A stretch of DNA of 64,000 nt from Malacoraja senta (lineage: Eukaryota). Under the pieces are notes generated by a model. The model did not search any database and was not told where the DNA came from. It was given only the letters and a program-made list of their open reading frames with translations. This document shows, piece by piece, positions 49,422 through 62,816 of the stretch (positions within the stretch are counted from its first letter, which is position 1; the number at the start of each line of letters is the position of its first letter). A program made the translations under genes and the position numbers. The DNA lies in contig CM075978.1 in assembly GCA_038087875.1 (NCBI GenBank), forward strand, positions 137,640,001-137,704,000, in the 5' to 3' direction.

Positions 49422-50969
49422 AGTCCACAATGCTCCATTCTGCTTTCTTAATGTGTGATCCATACTGATGGTGTTTCCGTTCTTTGGTATACCTGCAGCA
49501 GGAGTGCGTATGTCAACTAACAACCACGTGCTGACTTTCTGTGCACCCTTTCATCAGGGTGTTCATTACCTCCTGCTGAGAGTTAAGAAAGCTTACAATA
49601 GTGATGTGACTTTGCCTTTAATTTAAAATATATATATTTTTCTATTCAGGATAAATAAATAGAATGAAAAATATAGTAAGTACAGGAAGACAGAGAGGAA
49701 TTCATGAGCATAAAGGCCATAGCCAACATTAAAATAGATTCTCTGCTCTGTTAATGTCAGGACAGAGGGATTTTGGAGAGTCATGTAAAAAGGGAAAGAG
49801 CCTGTACAAGGGAGGTCCAATGATTCCTCCCATGGCCGGGAATGGCACTTGCTCCTTCCATTGGTCCACAAAAACAATCGTAGTTTATTTTTTATTGATC
49901 TCTTCTAGTTCACGATCTTCTTCTTTTGCATTAGAAAAATAATTAAAGATCTTTTGATGGCATCAAATGTTAAGAAACTCAAAGACAATTCCTATGCAAT
50001 TCTAGTACTGCTAGTGAGGAGATGATAAGTAGTTTTGAACGTTGAGCGACAAAGTGTTACATTCACTATCCTATACAACAATTTGGCAGAATATTTACGT
50101 TCATTTTCATTGCACATTTCTTCTGAATGGAAACTGGCTCAGCTGTCTATAGGTTATGCAATACAATTTCCTTGATTACTACCCAGGTACCAAAGAATCA
50201 CTAAGACTCTGAAGATAACAGCTAAACTAACATTCACAGATAGTTGGGTTAGACTTCAACACCCAGAAAAAGGGATTCTTTATGGTTCCTATTCCACCAT
50301 GTTTTGTGAATTAATAATGATAAACATAAGTTTGTGCATAGGAAATGTTAGACAAATGTCAACAGATCCCGAGGCCTGCTTCAGGAATAGAGTGTACTAG
50401 ATGGATTTACCATAATTTTATCAGTGAGGAAGAACTGTATCTTTAAGATACCTTGTGATAACTGGAGATATTTGCTCTGCAACATAAATGGTTTAGAGGA
50501 GATTTAAGAAGAAAGTTATTAAGAGATTTCATGGATTCAGTGGAGAAAGGCTATTTTATCCATTTGAGATTCAGTAATAATTGAGGACCGAAGTGAATTA
50601 AATACTTTATATACAGGGATGATGTAATAATGTGTGTATAGTGGCTTTGGATTATTCTGGACAAGAACTGGCATAAGCAGAAGTGTACAATAATCATCCA
50701 TTTAGGTCTAACATAAAACATTAAATTGTAGTTCTAACTCTTGAGTCCATGATATAACCATGAATATATGTGTTAAACAGCAACTCTGATCATTCAGATT
50801 CAGATTCAGATTCAGAAAACTTTATTGTCTGTCGTAACAGAAAATCTTCTTTGGCGTGGCTCAACATACAAACAGGTACCTGCCATGATGGTGCAGACGC
50901 AATGATTCAATGATACTTTATTGTTACATGTACCTAATTCTTTGTTTTGGCATCCAATATGCAAAGTAC

Positions 50970-51230
50970 ACAAAGGGAGATTTAATGGGAAGCTGAGGGG
51001 CAACTTTTTTACACAGAGCATGGCAGGTACATGGAATGAGCTGCCAGGTGAGCTGGTTGAGGCAAGTACTATCACAATGTTTAAAAGAACATTTAGAGAG
51101 GTACGTGGATAGGATAGGTTTAGAATGATATGGGTTAAATGCTGGCAGGTGGGACTAGTGTAGATGAGCCATGTGGGTTGGCGGGGGAAGGTTGGGTGGA
51201 GTGGCCTCTCTCCATGTAGTATGACTCTGT
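50970..51230 (+). mobile_element. CR1 3' fragment
   Basis: LRGNFFTQSMAGTWNELP. Confidence 0.8.
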
Positions 51231-51374
51231 GTCTCCATATCATATCAGGATGTGCTGTGGGCTCTCTGTTTCTTCCAATCAGTTCCCATCCATCAGTACA
51301 CCTATTTGCCTGGCCAAAATTGTGCTCACGTTGAATAACCTTTCCTTCAACTCTTCTCACTTTATCCTTACCAA

Positions 51375-51678
51375 AGATGCAGCTATGGAAACTTAGATGG
51401 GCCTAAGCTTTACCTGGCTTTTAGTGAGTTACCTGGAGCAATCTTTTTTTCAGTCCTAGTCAGGACTCTCCCTCAACTCTCTTTCCAACCTTCAACAGTT
51501 GCACTCGCATAACAAGTTTCATCCCTTTCACTGCCCTTTTCCATCTTTGACTTCTCTTCCCTTCTGAATCTCGCTGTCTCCATCTCAGGGGATAGGCTAG
51601 TAACCACTGTTTATTACAAGCCTGCAGACTCCCACAGCTAGCTTGACTACTTCCTCTTTCCCTGCCTCATGTAAGGCT
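51375..51678 (+). mobile_element. Penelope RT C-terminal remnant
   Basis: Manual translation SISGDRLVTTVYYKPADSHS*LDY matches the PLE motif VYxKPTDSHSYL. Confidence 0.65.
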
Positions 51679-51680
51679 TT

Positions 51681-51998
51681 GGGCAGCACGGTGGCACAGG
51701 GGTAGAGTTGGTGCCTTACAGCGCTTACAGCACCAGACACCCAGGTGCGATCCTGGCTATGAGTGTTTGTCTGTACGGAATTTCTACGTTCTCCCCGTTA
51801 TCTGGGTGGGTTTCCTCCAGGAACTTCGGTTTTCTCCCACTCTTCGAAGACATGCAGGTTTGTAGGTTAATTGGCTAGGAATAAATGTAAAAATTGGCCC
51901 CAGTGTAGGATAGTGTTAATGTGCGGGGATCACTGGTCAGTGCGGACTCGGTGGGCCAAAGGGTCTATTTCCACGCTGTATCTCTAAACTAAACTAAA
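51681..51998 (+). mobile_element. HE1-type V-SINE
   Basis: Head GGCAGCACGGTGGCACAG, V-domain and (CTAAA)n tail. Confidence 0.85.
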
Positions 51999-53035
51999 TT
52001 CACCCAGCTTGTGTGTCTCCTTCCCAGCACCTGAGACCGAATGCTGAATGGTGTCGTTCCCAATTAAGATAACATAAAGTTGTGTACTGACAGGTAGCAA
52101 GCTGTGTGATTCAAATGGGATACTGCACGAAAGAATAAAAAAATTCCTAATCTCCAGAAATCTGTCTAAAGAATTGAGACAATGAAGAGAAGTCTTTACA
52201 CTACATCTTGCACAGCAGGATCAGAGTGCATGTTTAACACAATGTACTTAGTGCCACCTGACGTCATTTCTCTGTGGAAGGATCACTTACTCGAGATATT
52301 TATGCAAGGGCAGCCAGTAGCATTTCAATTTAACTCTCGAGGAAATGTAATGTCCTCAAGAAGCAAGACGTCAATCTCAAAGCAGTGCTGTTGAAAGCAT
52401 TGTCCTATAAGACTGATGTACAAGCCAGTGAACGGATCTTCCTTAAAGGTGATGAAACATAAGAATGAAGTGATAAGAGGTGAAATGCAATGTTATAGAA
52501 CAGAGAGATGGCAGGCCATCATGGAAGTATGGTAGGCCTGCTGAGGATATAGAGAAAAGGCCCAAGGCTGACACAGTATATGCTGCTGCTGAGCTTGGAG
52601 ACCAGGGAGGATGAAGCTTGTATCAAACCAACACCTGACAAAGCAGATGGCAATAGTGACTCAACATAAACCACCTTCCAGATCATAAGAGTGCATGATT
52701 GGACAAAACGGTGTGGGCTCAGATCTCAAAAGTTGGTCCATTGCCCAAGGGATCTGTAGGACTTTGTGCCAAAGTACACCTAGGCTGGACAATTCTTTAA
52801 TATCTTTCTTATTTTCCTTTACCTGATTATCAAGGAAGGAATTTGATTTATGTGATTCATATAATAATAGTATGTACCCATTTAAGGTTTGTAGCATGCC
52901 ACTGACAGTTTGGGGTATATAAAGCAGCAATGTTCAGGAAAAAAGTCCTAGGAAGCCTGCCTCTTGTAAATAAGTTACCTGCTTGTTTGAGTGTAGTTGA
53001 TACATAGCAGAGAAATATACTCCTTTAAGAATTAA

Positions 53036-53329
53036 GGCGGCACAGTGAAGTTACTGCCATACAGTGCCCGGGACCCGGGTTCGATCCTGACTACACGTGC
53101 TGTCTGTAAAGAGTTTTTACATTCTCCCTGTGACCACATGGGTTTTCTCCCGTATTCCAAAGATGTGCATGTTTGTAAGTTAATTGGATGCTGTAAATTG
53201 CCCTCTAGTGTGTGGGATGTGAAATTGGGATAACATAGATCTAGTGTACGGGTGATCGTTGGTTGGGGTGGAATCGGTGGACTGAAGGCCCTGTTTCCAC
53301 ACTGTATCTCTAAGCTAAACTAAACTAAA
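53036..53329 (+). mobile_element. HE1-type V-SINE
   Basis: GACCCGGGTTCGATCC B-box and (CTAAA)n tail. Confidence 0.85.
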
Positions 53330-56300
53330 TCGTACCATGTGATCAACTACTCTCAATGTAGATGTTACATTCGTTTAATTTGAACAGACTGGTGGTAGGC
53401 AATGGATAAGGAATCCTTTCTTCTCAAAGATATTCTGTTTTAATTAAACACTTTGTTAGTTTACCTTACCATCTTCCTTGCAGATCCCCCAGAGAATGAT
53501 TGTGATGCAGCTTTTAACTGCATTCCCCCACGTGGCAAGCTACTGGTTTTAGTCAGACATCAAGAGAATGCAGTAAATGTGAGTTAATGTTTCCCCTTGT
53601 TGAGCACAAATCATTGCTCGCATCTCTCTTTTAAAGACATGGATGCAGATGGCTTCATCAAAGGGAGGATCAGAAAATTTGTTTATGTTTTGTTGCGGTG
53701 TGCGAGAAGATAAAAGGAATAATTTTAAAGTAAGGCTTTAAAAAAAAAGCCATTAGGAAGTAAATTGTAATTGCATGTCTTTTTATATAAGGCTCCGTAT
53801 CGATGCCAGCTAGTTGGGTTGAGGTTTACGCTGACACAAAATGTTATTTGCTTTTGATGTAAAACAATTTTCCTTGGCACAGCTCAGCGCTGTTACTATT
53901 TTCTGTGGACAAATATAAGTGTTTTGTAGTGATGGTTAAACGAGATGATATCAGAAACTGAAATTGAAGCAATGGCTTGTGACTGCTCACTTACACTCCC
54001 TGCCAGAGCATTCATCAGCTGCTGAAACTGGCTGCTGATGAGCTGGGGAACAAATAACATATATTTTTTTAAGATAGCAGAAGGATTAAAATAACTAATG
54101 CTTGCTCTTGACCCGAATGGTATAGCTGTGCACCTCCCGAAGAAACCAAGTGGAATATGAAATTGGAGGGAAGAGGTAGCAGAATTGCAGCGCGGCAGAA
54201 TTATGCCTGGTGCCTGGGTCGGAAGCAGTGACCCGCACAGACCTGCCAGAGTCAGTCTCATGTGTAAGTGTGACCACGGCCCAGTGCGCGGGCTCGCAGG
54301 GACAGAAGAAGGCACCTGCAATGACAGGCTGAATATTCAAATGCTTTTGAACCTTTTGCTGAAGGTGAAGAGGGCTTGTTGAAGACATCTCAGCGAGCAG
54401 ATGGAACCCTGAAACCATCTGCTTGCAAAGCAACTAAATGTTCAATGATGCATTGCAAAATTATTTAGCTCTCAAAGAGCCTGAAAGTATTTTGTAATTA
54501 TAGCATCAGCGATGAGAACAGACAACAGATATTTAAACATCTTTTAGAAATGATCTATCACCTCAGTTGATGCACTTTTTCAATCCCCCTTTGTCTTAAA
54601 GAGGTAATGCCCACCTAATGGGTTTTTAATAATTTTCATCAATTTGCTGCTGCACTTAGATGAATTCAGATGCAATCTGACTGCCTGTGGGTTCCACAAT
54701 GAAGGGAACTATTAATTTGTGTGAATAAACAAAAAAAAGTGTACATGCCTGTACAGCAGGTTAATTTCCCAGTTTTAAAAATGTGAATGTATAGCTACCC
54801 AGGAATTAAAAATATTCTTTATGAATGTTTCACAAAGCATTACAAACCAGTGATTTTATAATTGCTGACAATTCACATCCTGATTACAGCAAAGTACATA
54901 TTTAATAATTTTCAGAAAATACTATTATCGATTCTTGTTCAAAATGTTATTCGAGCACCAGAGACTTGAAAGCTGTGCTTATAGATGATATATTAAAATT
55001 AGTTCATGTTTTCTTCCTTTTCAACCATATTTTATTAAGTGCACATCAGAAGTTTAATAAACGAGATAGTTATGATTTACTTATTAAATATATTGAGAGT
55101 AAAAGCTACAGAAACAAACCTACAGAATGAAATACAAACTCCTCAGGAAACTTTTTTTTCAAATCTTATAATTTTGCTGCTACTTGGTTATAGGTTAGAT
55201 ACCTGACTTTAATATTGTTAAGGGCATGATGAAACTAGTGCCTTCAAACCTTTTTTGTGTAGGTGGTATATTGTCCATTCGGCACCTTTGAAAGGTTAGT
55301 GTGAAAACAAATCCCAAGAACAAAATCTTGCATGCGTGACTTTTTTAATTTGTTCCATTATTTGAACCAACCATTTGTTTAGGATAGGTGCAGAAATCGC
55401 CTTTGTCCTTGTGTTCAGTATCTCAATATTAAACATGAAGAATTGAACCAATCTCGCACTGCTGTAGGATGTAGGGCAAGAAAGAGGGTTAGATTCAAGG
55501 GCACATTTGTATAAAATTAATGATGGAATATAAATGGACAAATTCATATTTTAAGAATACAAAACAGTTATGTTGACCGAGTGAGGAATCTCATTAAGAA
55601 TCTAATACAATAACAGGCATAGCATTCCTAAGGGTACGCAAATAAGATTATCCATATTACTTTATTATGCAGTGCGCACTGCCACAAAAGATGGACAATT
55701 GCATTAGACCAGTGATGAGATCAAACCTCGGAAGCTCCTCTGGAATAATTCCATTGATTCTTTGTAAAACTGCACCAAAAAAAACAATGTTAGAAACACT
55801 TTAGATAATATAGGAAAAAGAAGACTAATTTCAGCGGTGGTGCTAATGACCTGCGGAGGAACAGCACAGCAGTAATTTCGCAGATACTATGGCAGGTCAC
55901 CGCGACAGATGTTCCCAACATATGTGAGGAATTAATTACCCACTAGTAAACAAAATCTGTGATGCAGAGAGTCATTTTGTCCAAATTTCTTTGTATTTTG
56001 CCTTTATTAGCATCGCAATTTTTCTTGATCAGCCACAGCTTCAAATTAAAGTGCCTTATAATAGGCATCAGTGAATGTTCTTTGAAGTGCAGGAGGCTTC
56101 TTAATTGTGAGAGCTGTTTATGATGCACTACAGTAGGGATGCGATGATTATTCAATTATTCAATTAAAGAATAATCTTCAACCGTACTCAATTAAAAAAT
56201 GTTATATTCGATTTTTATGAATCTTATTTAGCATCAATCACCTTCCCCTCCCCATTAAATTAGTTCCAAAGACAATTGTAGTTAGTGCTGCCTCCAACTT

Positions 56301-57752
56301 TGTTCTTCTGTTTCCTTGCATTTGCAGAGGGAGCCATCATTCATAAAATTACAATGCATTTACAGCAGGACGCAATGTTGAGGTATATGGGTAGAAATTC
56401 ACGAAGATAAGATTGTGCCACTTTATTTAATATTCTGAAGAGTTGTCTCTGATGTTTAACAAGAAAGGAATATACTGAAGTGAGAATATTATGAAAAGGA
56501 TACCAAGGCTTTTGTAAATTACACTAATGACATGTTGACTAATGATTGTTTAAACCAAAACTTCACCATTATTTTGTAACCACAGTTTGCATAAACCTCA
56601 TGCTGACTAATAATTTAAGAGGTCTAATATTTTGGGTTTCTGCAGTGATATGGATTAAATATATGTATTTTAAAAAATCATTAAAAATGACTGCACAATT
56701 GACCATAAAATTACTGCATTGGTTACAGGTTGTAGGTTACGTTATTCATATGACAATGTTTCTATTGACAATTAACATTACATCAATCAACATTTAACGT
56801 GGTATTGGGAAAAGACCCACCCACACATTGTGGAAAGGTCACCAGTAATTCCAATGTTAATTATTTTCAGAAAATTACAGGGAAGCTACATTTAATGCAG
56901 TTACAATAATGTTATAATTCAAATTGTTTTTATATTTTCATGTTCTGAAATTCTGTGAAAAAATAGTTTAAACCCTCCAAGCCCACCTATTGCAAGTTTA
57001 AGTGTTATTGGTTTTGATATCAGATGACGGACTCACCAATAACCTCATTAATCAATGAGATGCCATGGTCTGGATTGTATTCCCTGAAAAGCAGGTGGAA
57101 GTCAATTCAATAGCAACTTTTAGATTTGGATATATATGGAAAAATAAATATTTACAGGGATTTGGGGAAGGAATTGAGCATTTGGACTAATTGGGTTGTT
57201 CTTACCAAGAGATAGAAAGGCACAGGGTGTTGAAAGCCTTCCTTCACCCCTCGCATTTGATATGTCCATTCAATGCCCACCAGCATCAAATGAAATTTGC
57301 TGGGCACTCAGTCGTCTATCATTAACTTGTCCTTGAGATTATTTGGTGGATCATGGAATTGTGATGCTGAAAGCAATCATGAGAAATTCCTCCATCTTCA
57401 TGCAAAGCTTTCCGCTGCAGAAAGTTAGTCCAAAAGTCCTAATGTACTTTGCATCTTCCACAATGTTATGGTAAATACACTGTAATCTTGAGACCATCTT
57501 TGCACATCTTGTGGTGATGATTGCCCCATGTAAATCATCTTCTGTTTATATATTGTCTCTGTTGCTTGGATTATGCTTTATTTTTATTTATGCTTTATTT
57601 TATGCTTTATGCTTTATTCCTTTCATCCCCCTACACCTATTCCTCATTTTTGACTGAATTTGCATTGATCTAGGTATTTCATTGAATGTTTTGTCCTTAT
57701 AGGTCAGTTTTTGAGCTTGGTCTAAGAGAGTTAGAAGAAAATGGCATTAAAT

Positions 57753-58040
57753 GTAGTTTAGTTTAGAAATACTATGCGGAAACAGGGCATTCGACCCACT
57801 TAGATCGCACCGACCAGTGATCCCCACACACATACACTGGCCTACACACACTAGGGACAATTTACAATTATACAAGCCAATTCACCTACAAACTACGTCC
57901 TGAGTGTGGGAAGAAACCGGAGATCTCAGAGAAAACCCACGGGGAGAATGTACAAACTCCATACAGACAAGCATCTTTAGTCAGGATCGAACCCAGGTCA
58001 CTGGCACTGTTAGGGCAGCAGCTGTACCACGGTGTAATCG
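57753..58040 (-). mobile_element. HE1-type V-SINE
   Basis: (TTTAG)n tail, GGATCGAACCCAGG. Confidence 0.8.
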
Positions 58041-58331
58041 GGCTTTCCTTGTAACTTTACTTCCTTTTCTTCCTGTGACAAGTCATCTCAGCTATTTTTG
58101 TAAATTGTTTATACATCTTGGAACTACACTAGGAGACAAAATTTGGTTACCTAAAAAAATACGCACATGGATTGTGAAACAATTTTAACAATAGTTGGCT
58201 GGATGGATATGGCTTTTAGTCAGAATCCACATTCCCCTTCTCTTCTTGCCAGCCATTGTGCTGGTGAATGCGCATCCTATTCATTCAGCACGTTATGGTG
58301 TATTCCAGGGAATGCAAAAGCCTAGAAGTTA

Positions 58332-58804
58332 TTTTTTTTTTTAATTTTTTATTTTTTAGAAGTACGGTAGATTACAGTAATGTACAACACGTATATATTA
58401 ATACATTTTTTGTACCGCTTCACTTTTTTAAACTTTAAAAAAGAAAAAGAAAGAAGTAAGAAAAGTGAAGAAAGTGCGCAAAGGTTGTGAAGTGCAAAAG
58501 AGTGTTGGGAAAAGAAAGCCCCTTAGAAAAGAGGTTAGAGAAGGAAGTAAAGTTAGAAAATAGACCCTAGAAAAAAAAGAGAAAGAAGGAAGGAACAATC
58601 GCTCTATTATGACTCTTATACCATACTTCATAGAGAAGGAACTACCAACCAAGTCTATTTTTATTTTACCTCCCATTACCAGGTCCAGATACCTTTTATT
58701 TATTTATTTGTTTTTCTAAATTACTATTGCACCTCATGCTTGTAATAGGTCCAAAAACGTAGACCACGTCTTTTGAAATTGATCTGCTTTGCCTACTAGG
58801 AGGA
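58332..58804 (-). mobile_element. 5'-truncated L1/Tx1-like LINE with poly(A) tail
   Basis: 16-bp perfect TSD AAAAGCCTAGAAGTTA (58316-58331 / 58805-58820); A-rich tail; terminal peptide LLVGKADQFQKTWSTFLDLLQA*. Confidence 0.85.
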
Positions 58805-58957
58805 AAAAGCCTAGAAGTTAGACATGGAATCAGCACTTGCCATCATCCTAACTCTCCTAGACTTGAAACCTGGAACAATTCTAAAAGACATCAAATAATT
58901 TTGCAGAGGCAAACCAATAGCCAAAAGAAATCAATCAGAACCCAGAGACATAAAATA

Positions 58958-59080
58958 GTGCAGATGCTGGAATCTGAAGAAGAGTACATAATAGCTGAAG
59001 AAACTCAGCAGGCCAGGCAGCATCTGTGGAGGAAAATGGACAGTCAATGTTTCATGTTGAGACCCTTCCTCTGGACTGAA
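58958..59080 (-). repeat. Diverged pLTR copy retaining hammerhead stem I
   Basis: Minus strand reads CAGTC-CAGAGGA-A-GGGTCTCAACAT-GAAAC-ATT-GACTG. Confidence 0.65.
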
Positions 59081-59439
59081 AGAATGGAGGGGGTTGGGTC
59101 AAGAGCTGTCAAAGCCTCATCTGGAATTTGTCGGTGACCTTTCAATAGAACTGGTCAGGATCCTTCCTTCTGCTGAATCTTAATCATCTAGACAACCAGG
59201 ATGTTTGGAAATAACTGGAACACGGAGTAGTAATGCTGGCATCAAAGCAGCTGACATCAAGAGCTGCCTGATGAGCTTCCTATGGATGCACATTTACCAT
59301 GTACACAAACTGCAGTTTTGAGCAAATCTTGAGTAAAACAAAGAGTGCTGGATTAACTCAGGCAGCATCCTTGTCTTATTTGGCAGGGGATGGAGGGACA
59401 TGGATCATGTGGACTGTCTTTCAATCCTATTGCCAGCTA

Positions 59440-59637
59440 AACAGCCGTGGAGGCCAAGTCAATTGATGTTTTTAAGGTGGAGATTGGCAGATTCTAGATT
59501 AGTAAATGTGTCAGGGGTTATGGGGAGAAGGCAGGAGAATGCAGTTGAGAGAGAAAAATAGATCAGCCTGATTGAATGGCTGAGTAGACTTGATGGACCA
59601 AATGTCCTAATTCTGCTCCTAGAATGTATGAACTTAT
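59440..59637 (+). mobile_element. CR1 3'UTR fragment
   Basis: GTGGAGGCCAAGTC..GGGGAGAAGGCAGGAGAAT..AATTCTGCTCCT. Confidence 0.8.
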
Positions 59638-59996
59638 AAAGGACTTTGCTGAAAAGTGGGTGCAGGCTTTTAACCTCCTTGCAGCCAAGAAAGATGTGTG
59701 GTACTTTAGGAATTCAACAGGAGAAGATAAAAAAGGTAAACAACTCAGAAATATATACATTGACTTCAATCTGTGACTGTTAGTCGCAGCCCTCCTTTGC
59801 AGTCAGAAGATTTTAATACTCCTTCAGAGACTTATGCTTGAAATACTTAGAATGTCCATTTTTATTTCAGATGTCCAGCATCTGCAGTAATTTCCTTTTG
59901 AATTGCTTATTATCAGATACAGTTGTTTGTCATATTGCCTTAAGTAGAAATTGCTACATTTCTTACATTACTGCTGCAACTCCTCAAAGCACTTCA

Positions 59997-61220
59997 TCTA
60001 TCTATATTTAAAACTGTGTGTGTGTCTGCCTGTCTTGTGGGTGCCAGCCAGCCTTTGATTCGTTGCTACGCCAACACCACACGCAGAAACGCAGAGATTT
60101 TTTCCATTTCGGTAGAGATTTCACTTTTCATTCCAAGTATCCACTCTTGATTAAATTTCGTCGTGTTTATGTACACATTTTAAATAAAATCCTTCTCCCC
60201 CCCCCCCCAAATTTCAAAATGTAAAAAAAAACAGCTCTCACCCATAGAATGTTGGTGAACGTTCCATCGTGTGATGTCACAATGCCCAATGCTCACAGAT
60301 GTCCAATCGGAATGGATCTATTTACATATGCCTTTGCAGCAGCCCCAGCCCCAGCCCCTCCCCCCCACCCCCGCAGCCTGTGTCGAAGCACGTCATCACG
60401 GGTGTGGGAATAGAGAAATAGGATTGGGGGTGATAGGGAATGGGGAACAGATGGACTGTCCCTACCCCTCCCCGTTCCACTCTCCCTCCCCACTCTTTCC
60501 CCTCTCTCCCCCACCCCTCTCCCCCTCCCTCCACACTCTTCCCCCTCCCTCCCCTACCCCAACTCCCTCCTCCCCTCCCTCCCCCCTCCCCACACCTCTC
60601 TCCCCTCCACCATCCCTCTCTCCACCTCCCCCATCCCTCTCTCCTCCCCCTCTCCATCTCCCTCTCCTCACCCTCTCCCTCTCCTCCCCCTCCTCCTCCC
60701 ACCCCCATCCCTCTCTCCCCCACCCCCCTTCCCTCTCCCCCCTTCCCACCCCCACCCCCTTCCCTCTCCCCCACTCCCCCCCACCCCCCTTCCCTCACCC
60801 ACCCCCTTCCCTCTCTCCCGCACCCCTTCACCATCCACACTCTTCCCCCTCCATCCACACTCTTTCCCCCTCTACCCCCTACCCCTATCTCTGCTCTCTC
60901 TCTCTTTGATCTTTATCTTTTTTCTCAGCCCTCTCTCTCTCTCTCTCTCTCTCTTCCACTCTCTGTGCACAATCTCTCTGCCCCCCCCCCTCTAGACGCA
61001 CCTGAGAGGTGAGGGCTTTTCGTCAGTGGATAGGGTGGAGATGGGATAAAAGAAGCCAATTAATAAAATTAAGATAATATCAAGGGGTGTGATGAGTGTG
61101 TGTGTTTTGGAGGAACAGACCCAACGGGGGGGGGGGGGGGTGGTTAGTGTGATGCCGCAGCACCCCCCCCAGCAAACGCGCATTGGGGAAACAGACCCAA
61201 CTGGTCTGCACTTGGTCTAG
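59997..61220 (+). mobile_element. Non-autonomous Helitron
   Basis: Starts A|TC (TCTATCTATATTTAAAA); ends with hairpin CAGACC-CAACT-GGTCTG about 9 nt before CTAG|T; no TSD. Confidence 0.8.
60460..60990. repeat. C-rich polypyrimidine low-complexity tract
   Basis: About 500 bp of almost only C/T on the + strand; explains the Pro- and Gly-rich ORFs. Confidence 0.95.
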
Positions 61221-61231
61221 TTGACTATAAA

Positions 61232-61342
61232 TGTTAAGAAAGAACTGCGGATGCTGGAAAAATCGAAAGTGGACAAAAATGCTGGAGAAACTCAGCAGAT
61301 GCTGTCTCACCCCCTGAGTTTCTCCAACATTTTTGTCTACCT
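61232..61342. mobile_element. Palindromic pLTR-derived mini-element
   Basis: GACAAAAATGCTGGAGAAACTCAG / CTGAGTTTCTCCAACATTTTTGTC arms; TSD TTCA(T/C)TGACTATAAA. Confidence 0.75.
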
Positions 61343-62816
61343 TTCACTGACTATAAAAGTGTTTTGAGATAGAATGAAAGATAGGATATTAAAAAAAAAA
61401 AATCTGTAATTGATACGTCATTAGGTCATAAGTGATAGAGCAGAATTAGGCCATTTGGCCCATCTAGTCTAACCTGCCATGGCTGATCTATCTCTCCCTC
61501 CTAACCCCATTCTCCTGCCTTCTCCACATAACCCCTGACAACCCTGACAACAAATCTAAATTTGTTTCTGACATTACTCGCATACAATTCCTTATTTTGT
61601 CTGTAAAGGGAATAACATATGTTGCAGGAGCAACCATCCAATTGTTTTATTTCTGTACTTACATATTTAATTCAGAAAATGTAATTGCTTCCTTTTTAAA
61701 GTCTTCTTTAAAAACAAATTGTAACACAAATGTGATTCTATTGATCAGCTCTCAGCTTTGGGTACAGAACATTTTTAACACTCCAATTTTAAGATCACCA
61801 TTAATTTAAATGGAACCAAAGTGCAAATCAAAAAACTATGAAGTTTTTGACATGATATTGGGCAAATGTACCTTCTTCCATGAAAACTCAAGTTTAGCTC
61901 TGGAATAGATTTTTCCGGTGCATTTCTTTAACCTAAAAAACAGTCCTACATTGCATATAAATAATGTGATGACATTATATACAGTAAATTTGCATTGATT
62001 TTTTTTCTTTTCATTTATACCCTTTATAGATTTTAAGCCAGGAATTGAACCCAGTAAGTGAGTAAAACCAGAGGTGCCCACTAACCTTTAGCCCCCATTT
62101 GTTTGTATCACATTGGCCATATTTACATGCAATCGATTTGCTTGCCTTCTTTGTTACCAGAACAAATCTGGTCAATAAATTTGAAGAATCAATCTTATAA
62201 AGCATTTTCATGGAGCCAATGTTTTCTGGACTGGTCGAGTGTCATCAAAAGATTTGTTTCAGAGCTTATAGGATATTTAGAATGTCTGGAATTCCTTGAC
62301 ATCTGGGGCATATATAATGCCATGCAATCTGGTGACAAATATCCACCACAAAACTGTTGATTAGTTGAGTGGCAAGTTTTTGTGATTTGTTGAGGACATG
62401 CAAAAGGCAAATGACATGTTTAATAACTAGTTTATCGACCGATCTTTTGAACTTGTCAACAAACTCCCTGTCTTGTTGATTAAGTAGTGATAAATCCACT
62501 CTCAACTATTGCATCTCACCTCCAGCGTTAAACTTTTTATGTTGCAACCTTTCTTGTCTTTCTCTATTTTATCAACACTGACATGACTGCTTTCTGCACG
62601 GAGCATTCCTTTCTTGTCCCTGCTCTGCCATTTCTTTCTCATCTTGTAGTCTCATTTTGTTTGAACCAAGACATGTTGAAATATCTCTGTATCAATCTCC
62701 ACCTTCTTCACGTGTTAAAACGGAGTGATTTCTCCTCTTATCAAAGACCTTGAAGCTTGGATGTTATCTAAAATAATAACAATTCAAATTTGAATGTATT
62801 ATAAAACAATGCCATT

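Noticed and set aside
53896-54433. 141-aa and 112-aa ORFs in the TE-poor island
   Set aside because: No recognisable domain or splice structure; probably incidental
56328-56382. Possible exon (TTTGCAG...GAG|GTATAT)
   Set aside because: Weak donor and unrecognised peptide; expected by chance in AT-rich DNA
59900-59996. Ancient Deu-SINE/L2-like tail remnant hosting the Helitron
   Set aside because: Only faint remembered similarity; too degraded to call without alignment
60271-61012. Pro-rich and Gly/Glu-rich ORFs
   Set aside because: Translation of the low-complexity C/T tract on both strands
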